The position numbers and the translations under genes were made by a program. A model generated the notes under the pieces. The model searched no databases. It worked only from the letters and a program-made list of their open reading frames with translations, and had not been told where the DNA came from. From a virus (taxonomy: Duplodnaviria > Caudoviricetes), in IMG/VR virus record IMGVR_UViG_3300048848_000254, positions 1-44,937 of that record: a DNA stretch of 44,937 bases. One strand, 5' to 3'. How positions within the stretch are numbered: the stretch's first letter is position 1; each line of letters starts with the position of its first letter. Shown here piece after piece: positions 1 to 7,111 of this stretch.

Positions 1-195
1 ATGATGACGAACTACTACCTCGGCAACAACCAACGATCGCAACGCTTGAGAATCTGCCCCTACTATGGGGCCGCTGCTGCGATGCGTCAAGCGATCTTTG
101 GTAAGGGGATCGGGCGACGCAATTTCCACGGCACGTGAGCAACCATCGGCCTTGCCGGCCCAAGCCTTCCGGGACTGCGCCCATGCTGGGCGCAC

Positions 196-222
196 AAAGA
201 AAAGAGCGGCATAAGCCGCTCT
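196..222 (-). terminator. Intrinsic terminator downstream of the tRNA fragment
   Basis: Stem AGAGCGGC/GCCGCTCT (203-222) with a 4-nt loop, followed by a T-run on the minus strand. Confidence 0.7.
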
Positions 223-237
223 AAGCACTTGATTTAT

Positions 238-285
238 TGGTAGGCCCCCCGAGAGTCGAACTCGGCACCAACGGATTATGAGTCC
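238..285 (-). tRNA. 3' half only of a CAT-anticodon tRNA (Ile2-like); att core duplication
   Basis: Minus strand reads GGACTCATAATCCGTTGGTGCCGAGTTCGACTCTCGGGGGGCCTACCA: anticodon arm, T arm (GTTCGA) and CCA end. No D arm or 5' acceptor strand precedes it. Confidence 0.85.
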
Positions 286-377
286 CGCAAATCCGCAATA
301 GGGCAAACAGGAAACCGCCGCTACATCAACGACTTGCAGGTGTAGCCACCCCATCCACCGCGGCGGCCTTCCCACCA

Positions 378-419
378 TTTTGGACCAGTTTTCGGGCACT
401 GTGGACAAGATTTGGTCAC
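378..419 (+). promoter_or_regulatory. Putative integrase arm-type sites
   Basis: Imperfect direct repeats (TTTGGACCA, TTCGGGCA, TGTGGACA, TTTGGTCAC) at about 11-nt spacing. TTTGGTCAC recurs at 44885-44893. Confidence 0.45.
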
Positions 420-513
420 GATCTTCGAAGCGCGTGACCGCCTTCCGCACAGGCCACTGTTCAGCTGCCGGAAATGGGAGCTACACTCCTCGCTCCTCAT
501 CGTTACGGCCGCC

Positions 514-993
514 ATGAGTTACAAACAACTCTCGAAAGATGACTTCGATGCCATTGTCACTGGGGAATTAACCCACTATGCAATCTGGTTGGAGTCAGAA
601 CTAATAGAGATCATTGCTGATCGATTCGCACGCCCTGACCAGCGCGTAGAGTTCACGACGCTGGTCCTAAGACGAGATGGACTGACATTCCAAGACAAGA
701 TTGAAATCGTCCGCGCAATGACACCTTCGTTCGCAAACCGGACAGCGGCAGACCGCTTGAAGCAATTGCTTCCGAAGATTGAGGAGTTCAAGTCCAATCG
801 GAATGCTTTCGCTCATGGTCTCGACGTAACCCCTCCGGACGGCCCCCCAGGTGAACTTCGATTAGAGATCATCGGGAGATCCGGCAAAGGGAAAGTCATA
901 ACTGTGACGTGTGAATCGCACGAAGCTATGATGAAACACGCAGATCAATTGCTTGAAGAGCTAAGGTCGGTCCGGTCTCGACTATCGACTTGA
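514..993 (+). CDS. Moron protein with HEPN/MtlR-like RxxxxH motif
   Basis: ATG at 514; helical-looking 159-aa protein containing RNAFAH; composition visibly more AT-rich than the core genes. Confidence 0.6.
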   Translation: MSYKQLSKDDFDAIVTGELTHYAIWLESELIEIIADRFARPDQRVEFTTLVLRRDGLTFQDKIEIVRAMTPSFANRTAADRLKQLLPKIEEFKSNRNAFAHGLDVTPPDGPPGELRLEIIGRSGKGKVITVTCESHEAMMKHADQLLEELRSVRSRLST

Positions 994-1005
994 GCGAGAA
1001 CGCAT

Positions 1006-1692
1006 GTGTGCAGTCACTACACCGCCCTGAAGAAAGCCGAGCAGATGGAGCGCTACTTCCGCGCCCGCGGCATCCCCATTCCCAAGTCCGATATGTGGCC
1101 TCGGTACCCGGGCGTCTTCGTGCGCCGGCCGGCTGAATGGGAGTCGGGCGACGAGGCTGTACCGGAGCGGGAAGCGGTCGTTGGACGCTGGGGGCTGATT
1201 TCGGCCATGACGCGGCCCGAGAAGGCGAAGGACGCACAGAAGCTGTCCACGTTCAATGCTAGATCCGAGAGTGCAGCCAAGTCGTTTACTTTCGGCAATG
1301 CCTGGCGCCGTGCCCAGCACTGCATCATCCCGGCCGATGCCGTCTTTGAGCCTGACTGGCGATCCGGAAAGGCCGTGGCCACCCGGTTCACCCGGGCCGA
1401 TGGCGCGCCGCTCGGCATCGCCGGCCTGTGGGATAAGTGGCGCTCCCCCACCGGCGAATGGGTCGAAAGCTACACGATGCTGACCATCAACGCCGACCAG
1501 CACCCGCTCTTCAAGGACTACCACCGGCCCGGCGACGAGAAGCGTATGGTCGTGATCCTGCCGGATGGTGCGTATGGCCACTGGCTGACGGCGAGTGCCG
1601 CGGATACCATGGACTTCCTGAATCCCTACCCTGCTGAGCAGTTGGTGGCCGAGCCGGTCGTCAAGACGGCCGTCGCCACCGACGAGGAATGA
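1006..1692 (+). CDS. SOS response-associated peptidase (SRAP/DUF159, YedK/HMCES family)
   Basis: N-terminal MC, then RWGL, FNARSE, CIIPADAVFEP, IAGLW and a KRMVVIL segment typical of SRAP. Confidence 0.9.
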   Translation: MCSHYTALKKAEQMERYFRARGIPIPKSDMWPRYPGVFVRRPAEWESGDEAVPEREAVVGRWGLISAMTRPEKAKDAQKLSTFNARSESAAKSFTFGNAWRRAQHCIIPADAVFEPDWRSGKAVATRFTRADGAPLGIAGLWDKWRSPTGEWVESYTMLTINADQHPLFKDYHRPGDEKRMVVILPDGAYGHWLTASAADTMDFLNPYPAEQLVAEPVVKTAVATDEE

Positions 1693-1910
1693 CCATGGAC
1701 CGAGAAGTCGAATCGTGCGCGCTGTGCGAGGACGACCTCCACGCCATCGCCATTGCGGCAGGCGTGCTACCCCCGAACGGCGAGATGACGCCCGAGCTGC
1801 TGGAGTACACCCGGACAATCGTGGGCCACTGCGCCGCCCTGGGCGACCGGTATACGGATGAGGACGGCTCCGCAGGGGACGAAATCAGGGCTGCATTCGG
1901 ACTCGGATAG
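1689..1910 (+). CDS. Small acidic hypothetical protein
   Basis: ATGA overlap with the SRAP stop; plausible codon usage. Confidence 0.55.
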   Translation: MTMDREVESCALCEDDLHAIAIAAGVLPPNGEMTPELLEYTRTIVGHCAALGDRYTDEDGSAGDEIRAAFGLG

Positions 1911-1919
1911 AGCGATATA

Positions 1920-1935
1920 CTGTTTATCCATACAG
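1920..1935 (+). promoter_or_regulatory. LexA (SOS) box
   Basis: CTGTTTATCCATACAG matches CTGT-N8-ACAG and overlaps a -10-like TATACT at 1916-1921. Confidence 0.8.
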
Positions 1936-1954
1936 CACATCGATATGCTCTACC

Positions 1955-2260
1955 ATGCTCACGTGCAACATTATTCGAACGCACCGGATGGGCGAGCCCT
2001 TGGAGGTCAAGGACTTCGACATGCCCATAAAAGGTACGGTGCGCATGCAGACCGTCCACCACGAAGGCCTTAGGCGCCCGGTGCCGATCCTGACCGTGGC
2101 GTCCTTCGAGCAGTTCGGAGCTTCGCGCCCACCCCGCATCCCTGACCTCCTGGAGCCCCAGCTTCTGACGTTCGGCTCGGACAGGGGCATGATGGTCCGG
2201 GGGTACGAAGAAATCGACGGACGCCGCTTTTATCAGGGCTGGTGGATCACCTGGGCGTAG
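1955..2260 (+). CDS. Hypothetical protein under predicted LexA control
   Basis: 101-aa ORF starting 19 nt after the SOS box; ends in GYEEIDGRRFYQGWWI. Confidence 0.75.
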   Translation: MLTCNIIRTHRMGEPLEVKDFDMPIKGTVRMQTVHHEGLRRPVPILTVASFEQFGASRPPRIPDLLEPQLLTFGSDRGMMVRGYEEIDGRRFYQGWWITWA

Positions 2261-2290
2261 CGGGACCGAACGACGCAAGCGGGCGCGTCC

Positions 2291-2539
2291 CTACTGATCA
2301 GATTTCGAAATAGGCGGCGCGCCAGCGATTTGGCCGGTGATCACTTCCTTCAGCTCAATCACGCCGGCCCGCGCTGCGGCCGCGGCAGAAGGGAATAGCT
2401 GGTCAGATGCTCGGGCGACGTATGGGCGCTGGCTGTCAGGCCGGACCTCGATGGTCCATCCGTACTGCCCTGAGGTCGATACAACATCCACACATAAAAC
2501 GAATCTGTAGCCTGTAAGAACTTCGGTGATGAGATCCAT
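2291..2539 (-). CDS. Hypothetical protein
   Basis: ATG at 2539 with purine-rich upstream sequence; fills the gap between plus-strand genes. Confidence 0.5.
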   Translation of the reverse strand: MDLITEVLTGYRFVLCVDVVSTSGQYGWTIEVRPDSQRPYVARASDQLFPSAAAAARAGVIELKEVITGQIAGAPPISKSDQ

Positions 2540-2603
2540 CGTCCCGCCCGCTCCTGCTCCCGTTGCGGCCGACAATTAGCAATAGCCGGGCCCGATCGCG
2601 GGG

Positions 2604-2619
2604 CGGCATGCCCCTTGCT
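2604..2619 (+). promoter_or_regulatory. Sigma54-type (-24/-12) promoter candidate
   Basis: CGGCATG-CCCC-TTGCT keeps the GG-N10-GC spacing and lies 30 nt upstream of the 2650 ATG. Confidence 0.55.
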
Positions 2620-2649
2620 CTACGGTGAATCTCACCCTAGGAGCACACA

Positions 2650-2829
2650 ATGGCTGATGATCTGAAAGACCGAGGCCCGCGCGACCGCGCCCGTATCGCC
2701 CTGGATGAAGACTGGGAGGTCCGCTACTGGAGCAAGGAGTTCGGGTGCACCCCCGACGAGTTGCGCCAGGCCGTGAAGGACGCCGGTAGCAACTCGGTGG
2801 ACAAAGTCCGCGCGATCCTGAAGGAGTAG
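2650..2829 (+). CDS. DUF3606-family small protein (absent from the ORF track)
   Basis: AGGAG RBS; translates MADDLKDRGPRDRARIALDEDWEVRYWSKEFGCTPDELRQAVKDAGSNSVDKVRAILKE. Confidence 0.85.
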   Translation: MADDLKDRGPRDRARIALDEDWEVRYWSKEFGCTPDELRQAVKDAGSNSVDKVRAILKE

Positions 2830-2832
2830 GCC

Positions 2833-3828
2833 ATGCCAGAGCCGCCGGACTTCATCAAGCCGCCGCTGGCCACACTCGTGGACGGGCCACCGCCGAGCGG
2901 CTACGCCTACGAGCTGAAGTTCGACGGCTACCGCATGCTATGCCGGATTGATGAGTCCGGCGTGCGGTTCTTCAGCCGCGAGGCGAAGGACTGGACGCCG
3001 AAGCTCGCCGACCTAGTGCAGCGCATCGAGGCGCTGAAACTTACCGGCACCGGCTGGCTCGACGGCGAGATCGTGGTGATGGACGAGCACGGCGTGAGCA
3101 GCTTCCAGCGCCTCCAGAACGCCATGGACAAGAGCGTTGCCAAGCAGGTGCAGTATGTTACGTTCGATATCCCGTATTGGAACGGAAAGGACCTGCGTGA
3201 ATACCCCTTCGTTGAGCGCGCAAAGGCGCTTCAGGCGGTCCTGGCCGGGGTGCCTGAGAACGCCGCCATCATGCGCAGCACGGTCGCCGAAGTGGAATCC
3301 AGGGACCATGCCGTGTCGCTGCTCGCGCAGGCCTGCGAGCGGAAGCTGGAAGGCCTGATCGGCAAGCGTCTGGACGCGCCCTACCGCGCAGGAGGCACCG
3401 ACACCTGGATCAAGCTTAAATGCCGGCCCAGGCAGGAATTCGTCGTAGGCGGATGGACCAACCCAGGCGGATCACGCAACGCCTTCGGTGCCCTGCTCGT
3501 CGGCTTGCGAGAAGGCGACAGGCTGCGCTATTCAGGCCGCGTTGGCACTGGGTTTAGCGGAAGCACCCTCGACATGCTGATGAAGCGCCTGACGCCACTG
3601 GCTACCGAGGAAATGCCGTTCATCGAAAAGCCCGTGCTGTCGGACCGCTGGGGCGGCAATTCGAAGCCAACCATGCACTGGGTCAGGCCTGAGCTTGTCG
3701 TGGAAGTGGCATACACCACAATCACAGACGGCGGCATCCTGCGGCAGGCGTCGTTCCAGGGCGTTCGCGAGGACAAGCCGGCGCGGAAGGTCACTGGTGA
3801 GAAGAAGGTGCGGGCGCCTGGGCGTTGA
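2833..3828 (+). CDS. ATP-dependent DNA ligase (LigD ligase-domain-like, stand-alone)
   Basis: ELKFDGYR adenylation motif, LDGEIV, FDI, EGLIGK, WIKLK and C-terminal OB segment GRVGTGF...F.G.R.DK. No polymerase or phosphoesterase domain. Confidence 0.92.
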   Translation: MPEPPDFIKPPLATLVDGPPPSGYAYELKFDGYRMLCRIDESGVRFFSREAKDWTPKLADLVQRIEALKLTGTGWLDGEIVVMDEHGVSSFQRLQNAMDKSVAKQVQYVTFDIPYWNGKDLREYPFVERAKALQAVLAGVPENAAIMRSTVAEVESRDHAVSLLAQACERKLEGLIGKRLDAPYRAGGTDTWIKLKCRPRQEFVVGGWTNPGGSRNAFGALLVGLREGDRLRYSGRVGTGFSGSTLDMLMKRLTPLATEEMPFIEKPVLSDRWGGNSKPTMHWVRPELVVEVAYTTITDGGILRQASFQGVREDKPARKVTGEKKVRAPGR

Positions 3829-4300
3829 GAGCCGCCCGGACGTACCCCTGCAGGCCCGTCACTTTGTCGGCGAGCCCTGCAGCATACTGGACCACTTCGT
3901 CATATCGTCCTGCGCACGCCGCAAAAGCGCCGATGACGTCAGGGCCGGTGCTTCCATCAGCTCCGGTGCCGGTTGCGGGATGCGTGGCGGCGCGAGCGGA
4001 TTGCAGATCAGCGATTTGCTTGCGCAGCCGCCCAACATCGTCAGCGTAAAAGCCAGCAACGCGGGCTTGAGTGGCCAGGACCTGGCCGTGGTATTTCGCA
4101 TAGTTTTCATCGGCTTGTTCCTGTGCGGCCTGTTCCTGGGCGCGGCGTTGCTCGGACAGCTTGGCGGCGGCCGCCTGGGCTTCGAGCTGGGCCTGTGCAT
4201 GGCCGGAGGCGTACTGGTGGCTGCCATACCATCTGATGCCGAGCACGGCGGCCAGCGCCAGGGCCAGGCCTGCCGCCACGGCGATCGCATACTTGACCAT
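3791..4300 (-). CDS. Rz-like inner-membrane spanin
   Basis: N-terminal TM helix then Ala/Gln-rich coiled coil; directly downstream of the endolysin. Confidence 0.75.
   Translation of the reverse strand: MVKYAIAVAAGLALALAAVLGIRWYGSHQYASGHAQAQLEAQAAAAKLSEQRRAQEQAAQEQADENYAKYHGQVLATQARVAGFYADDVGRLRKQIADLQSARAATHPATGTGADGSTGPDVIGAFAACAGRYDEVVQYAAGLADKVTGLQGYVRAALNAQAPAPSSHQ
3859..4110 (-). CDS. Rz1-like outer-membrane lipoprotein spanin embedded in Rz
   Basis: Alternate frame with signal peptide, LGGC lipobox and Pro-rich mature part (C.PLAPPRIPQPAPELM). Confidence 0.7.
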   Translation of the reverse strand: MKTMRNTTARSWPLKPALLAFTLTMLGGCASKSLICNPLAPPRIPQPAPELMEAPALTSSALLRRAQDDMTKWSSMLQGSPTK

Positions 4301-4308
4301 GTGCGCAC

Positions 4309-4815
4309 CTATCGGGGCGGATTGGGGGATGACTGCTCGCAGACCCACTGGTCCGCGTCGCGTCGATTCTGGAGCCCTGGGAGCGTTTGAAGGCGGCCAG
4401 CCACCCTTCCCTTCACCCAGGCGTCATACTCGGCGCACGCGCCCGCGTAGTCGCCCGCGTTGAGCTTCTTCAAGAGGGTGGACTTGGCCAGGTTGCCGGC
4501 GCCCAGGTTGAACGTGAAATCAATGAGCGCCGCGCGCTGCCATTCCGTCAGCGGCACTTTGACCAGGCGGCGGACCGCTGCGTCAGCTTCGGCCAGGTCG
4601 GCGGCCTTCAGGGCGTCGCATTCCGCGTCCGAATATCGTCGGCCCGGGATGACGTCGGGCCCGGTGTGGCCCTCGCAGACGGTCCAGACGCCGACCGGGT
4701 CGCGATACGGGACATGGTCACGGCCTTCGAAGTGGCTGACCAGGACGCCGGCGATGGCCAGCGCGCCGGCGGCTGCCGCGGTCAGCAAGCGGTTCTTCAG
4801 CGTGGCCGGGATCAT
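4309..4815 (-). CDS. GH24 lysozyme, probable SAR endolysin
   Basis: FEG...YRDPVGVWTVCEGHT catalytic E/D/T region and FNLG; Ala/Gly-rich hydrophobic N-terminus. Confidence 0.93.
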   Translation of the reverse strand: MIPATLKNRLLTAAAAGALAIAGVLVSHFEGRDHVPYRDPVGVWTVCEGHTGPDVIPGRRYSDAECDALKAADLAEADAAVRRLVKVPLTEWQRAALIDFTFNLGAGNLAKSTLLKKLNAGDYAGACAEYDAWVKGRVAGRLQTLPGLQNRRDADQWVCEQSSPNPPR

Positions 4816-5030
4816 GACTCCTCCACGATCCCGTCACGCGCCTGGCGCCACCACTTCCAGATCAGGTGCGCGCACTGCAGGACGATGTAGACCAAGGTCC
4901 CTATCGCTACCCAGTGATTCAAATCCCAGCCCGTCACCGCGGCCGCAGCCGTCACGGTCACGGGAGGGGCCGCCTTCAAGGCTTCGACCGGGACATCGTT
5001 ATTCACTTGCCAGCTCCTGAATGGGTGCAT
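4812..5030 (-). CDS. Holin (small class II, T7 gp17.5-like)
   Basis: KAAPPV...LNHWVAIGTLVYIVLQ with basic C-terminus; ATGA overlap with the endolysin. Confidence 0.8.
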   Translation of the reverse strand: MHPFRSWQVNNDVPVEALKAAPPVTVTAAAAVTGWDLNHWVAIGTLVYIVLQCAHLIWKWWRQARDGIVEES

Positions 5031-5051
5031 CTCTGCCTCCCGTATGGACGT

Positions 5052-5073
5052 AAAAAAACCCGCCGTAGCGGGC
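5052..5073 (-). terminator. Intrinsic terminator between tail and lysis genes
   Basis: Minus strand GCCCGC-TACG-GCGGGT followed by a T-run. Confidence 0.7.
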
Positions 5074-5112
5074 TGACGTGCTGCACAACTTACTGGGGAT
5101 AATTTTGAACGC

Positions 5113-5607
5113 TCAGCTCGGCAGCGTGAGCGTTGGCAGAGCCGCCAGCAATTCTTCATCGGTCGGTATTGCTTGCGTGCCGGCTTGGACTGCATCCAAG
5201 ATCTCGTAGCACTTGTTCCATACCAAACTGCGCCAGGCACGGAACGCCTGCCCCTCAGCCTGGAACCTCGGTACGGCCGGTTCCTCGGCATACGTGACCG
5301 CGGTGGCGATGCTGTCGTAATTCCGTTCTCGCGCCTTTGCGTCCATGAAGGCCTGAACCATGGCGACCTTTTCGGCAGCAATCTGGTCCGGCGTTTTCTC
5401 GGGCACGGTCTCCACGGGCGGCGCGAACGTTGAGCCGTCGTACGACCATCCGCAAGCGGGGCGTGGTGACATATCAGTCACGTCGACCAAGGTTTGGACA
5501 ACCGCAACGGGGAAGCGATCCGACACGGGCACTTCCACCCCGTCGACCGCGAACGGCAAAATCAGCTCTGCGACCTTCCCGTCATCGATACGTGCATACG
5601 TGCGCAT
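5113..5607 (-). CDS. Tail fibre assembly/chaperone-like protein
   Basis: Follows the fibre gene; contains GWSYDG.F.PP and YDSI..A..Y...F..E...F..WR segments seen in such proteins. Confidence 0.65.
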   Translation of the reverse strand: MRTYARIDDGKVAELILPFAVDGVEVPVSDRFPVAVVQTLVDVTDMSPRPACGWSYDGSTFAPPVETVPEKTPDQIAAEKVAMVQAFMDAKARERNYDSIATAVTYAEEPAVPRFQAEGQAFRAWRSLVWNKCYEILDAVQAGTQAIPTDEELLAALPTLTLPS

Positions 5608-6509
5608 TATGCGTACTCCCCGATAAGACCGAACCCTGGCGCACCTGGGCCACCGATCCGATTAGACGCGTTGGTGTAACCGGCAAACGCTCCACTCCCA
5701 CCCGCACAAAATCCGCGTGCCGATACCCCGTTTCCGGTCGAGTTGTTCGCTTCTCCACCGTTCCCGAATGGGCTGCCGGCGCCTACGCCGCTATAGCCAA
5801 GAATGCCTGCATTCGAGGCGACGATCACGAAACCAGCGCCGCCGCTTTCACCCTGCAGCGCGAGGATGGCGCCGGGAGCCGAGACATTGCTGTTCGAAGC
5901 GCCTGCCGTCAGATTCGGCGAGGTGGGGCCGAACTTATTACCGCCGGTCCCGCCGTTGACGCTCATCAGCGAGCCGAAACTGGAAGTTCCTCCCGTCCCG
6001 CCAACACTGCCCGCAGCTGGAACTCCGCCAGCGCCGATCGTGACGGTGACGCCGTTGAAGCCATTAGTAAACCGGCCGACACACCAATGTCCTGCGCTGC
6101 CACCTGCACCGAACGAGATCTGAGTGCCGTCGGTTATTGACGCACCACCACCAGCCCCACCTCCCGATCCCAACAAGACCACGACGCTTTTGGTGCCTGC
6201 CGTGGGGTTGTAGACCTGCGTGCTTGTGATGGCACGAATCCCGATCAGGCGGCCCGGTGCATTCGAGGGAATGAGCAGCTGTATCGCCGCGAGCAGCTGC
6301 GCATTGTTGTTGCGATTGAAAGCCAGGCCGCCAGCTGCGATGACCGCGAGCAGTTCCTCCTGCACCGCATTGAATGCATACGCGGGCCACTGGGTAGCGG
6401 GCGTATTGGTCGCCGGATTGCCATCGGTCGCGAATCCAGGCGTGCCGGTGGCCGGCGCGACATCGGCATGCGCCGCGTCGACCGTGCCAGGCGCAATAAG
6501 TCGGTCCAT
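5607..6509 (-). CDS. Short glycine-rich tail fibre protein
   Basis: Mu-type N-terminal anchor (FNAVQEEL..VI...G...NNAQLLAAI) plus Gly-rich C-terminal domain. Confidence 0.8.
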   Translation of the reverse strand: MDRLIAPGTVDAAHADVAPATGTPGFATDGNPATNTPATQWPAYAFNAVQEELLAVIAAGGLAFNRNNNAQLLAAIQLLIPSNAPGRLIGIRAITSTQVYNPTAGTKSVVVLLGSGGGAGGGASITDGTQISFGAGGSAGHWCVGRFTNGFNGVTVTIGAGGVPAAGSVGGTGGTSSFGSLMSVNGGTGGNKFGPTSPNLTAGASNSNVSAPGAILALQGESGGAGFVIVASNAGILGYSGVGAGSPFGNGGEANNSTGNGVSARGFCAGGSGAFAGYTNASNRIGGPGAPGFGLIGEYA

Positions 6510-6513
6510 TCTT

Positions 6514-7104
6514 CTACTCCGAGTAGGAAAAATTCAGGATGGTGTGAGCCGGTGCAACGGCCTGCAGCTCGCACTGCAAGACGTTGTTCGTCCAGTAGGC
6601 GAACGGCACTCCGAAGGAATCGCCGAAGCGCAGATGGTTGACGGTGAAGGTCGGTGCATGGACCTCCCAGGCGTGCGCCCAGTCCGTGCCGCCGAAAGAC
6701 GTGCCGAACCGCTTTCCGAATCTCGACGGCACCAACTGCGTGATCGTTATTTCGTAGCCCAGCTTTGCCGCCAACGCCGTGAAATATGGGATTGACTGCC
6801 CTCCCGTGGCCGTCAGCCGGGCGACGACCTGGGCGCGGCGCGCTTCGACCGTCGGCGCCGGCCCGGCGCATGGATCTGGCAAGCCTAGAGTCGCCTCCCA
6901 TTCAGGCAGCAGCTCGAAGGTCGATCCAGGAAACGCGTCAATCAGCAGCTGGTTTGCGCGGGCCGTGTTGGCCTCGTAGATCGTGTTCAGGCCCAGCAGC
7001 GCCCGATTCTGTACGCTGTCGAGGTCGCGCGACCAGACACGGCCACGTGGCAACAGTTTGAGGAACGCCTGCAGGAAGTCCGCGGCGCGAAGGTTCAGTG
7101 CCAT
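6514..7104 (-). CDS. Baseplate protein, Mu gp48/YmfQ (DUF2313)-like
   Basis: LLPRGRVW, LLPEWE..LGLPD, PAHT motifs; synteny. Confidence 0.88.
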   Translation of the reverse strand: MALNLRAADFLQAFLKLLPRGRVWSRDLDSVQNRALLGLNTIYEANTARANQLLIDAFPGSTFELLPEWEATLGLPDPCAGPAPTVEARRAQVVARLTATGGQSIPYFTALAAKLGYEITITQLVPSRFGKRFGTSFGGTDWAHAWEVHAPTFTVNHLRFGDSFGVPFAYWTNNVLQCELQAVAPAHTILNFSYSE

Positions 7105-7111
7105 GGCGCCC

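Noticed and set aside
1-138. 45-codon ORF at the window start
   Set aside because: Short, no recognisable motif and no upstream context; cannot be supported as a gene.
238-285. Intact tRNA gene
   Set aside because: Similarity stops at the anticodon stem; the D arm and 5' acceptor strand are missing, so it is an att duplication.
2833-3828. Complete NHEJ (Ku-LigD) system
   Set aside because: No Ku gene and no polymerase or phosphoesterase domain in the window.
5113-6509. Tail-fibre diversification by DGR or invertase
   Set aside because: No reverse transcriptase, TR/VR repeat pair, invertase or alternative fibre cassette seen.
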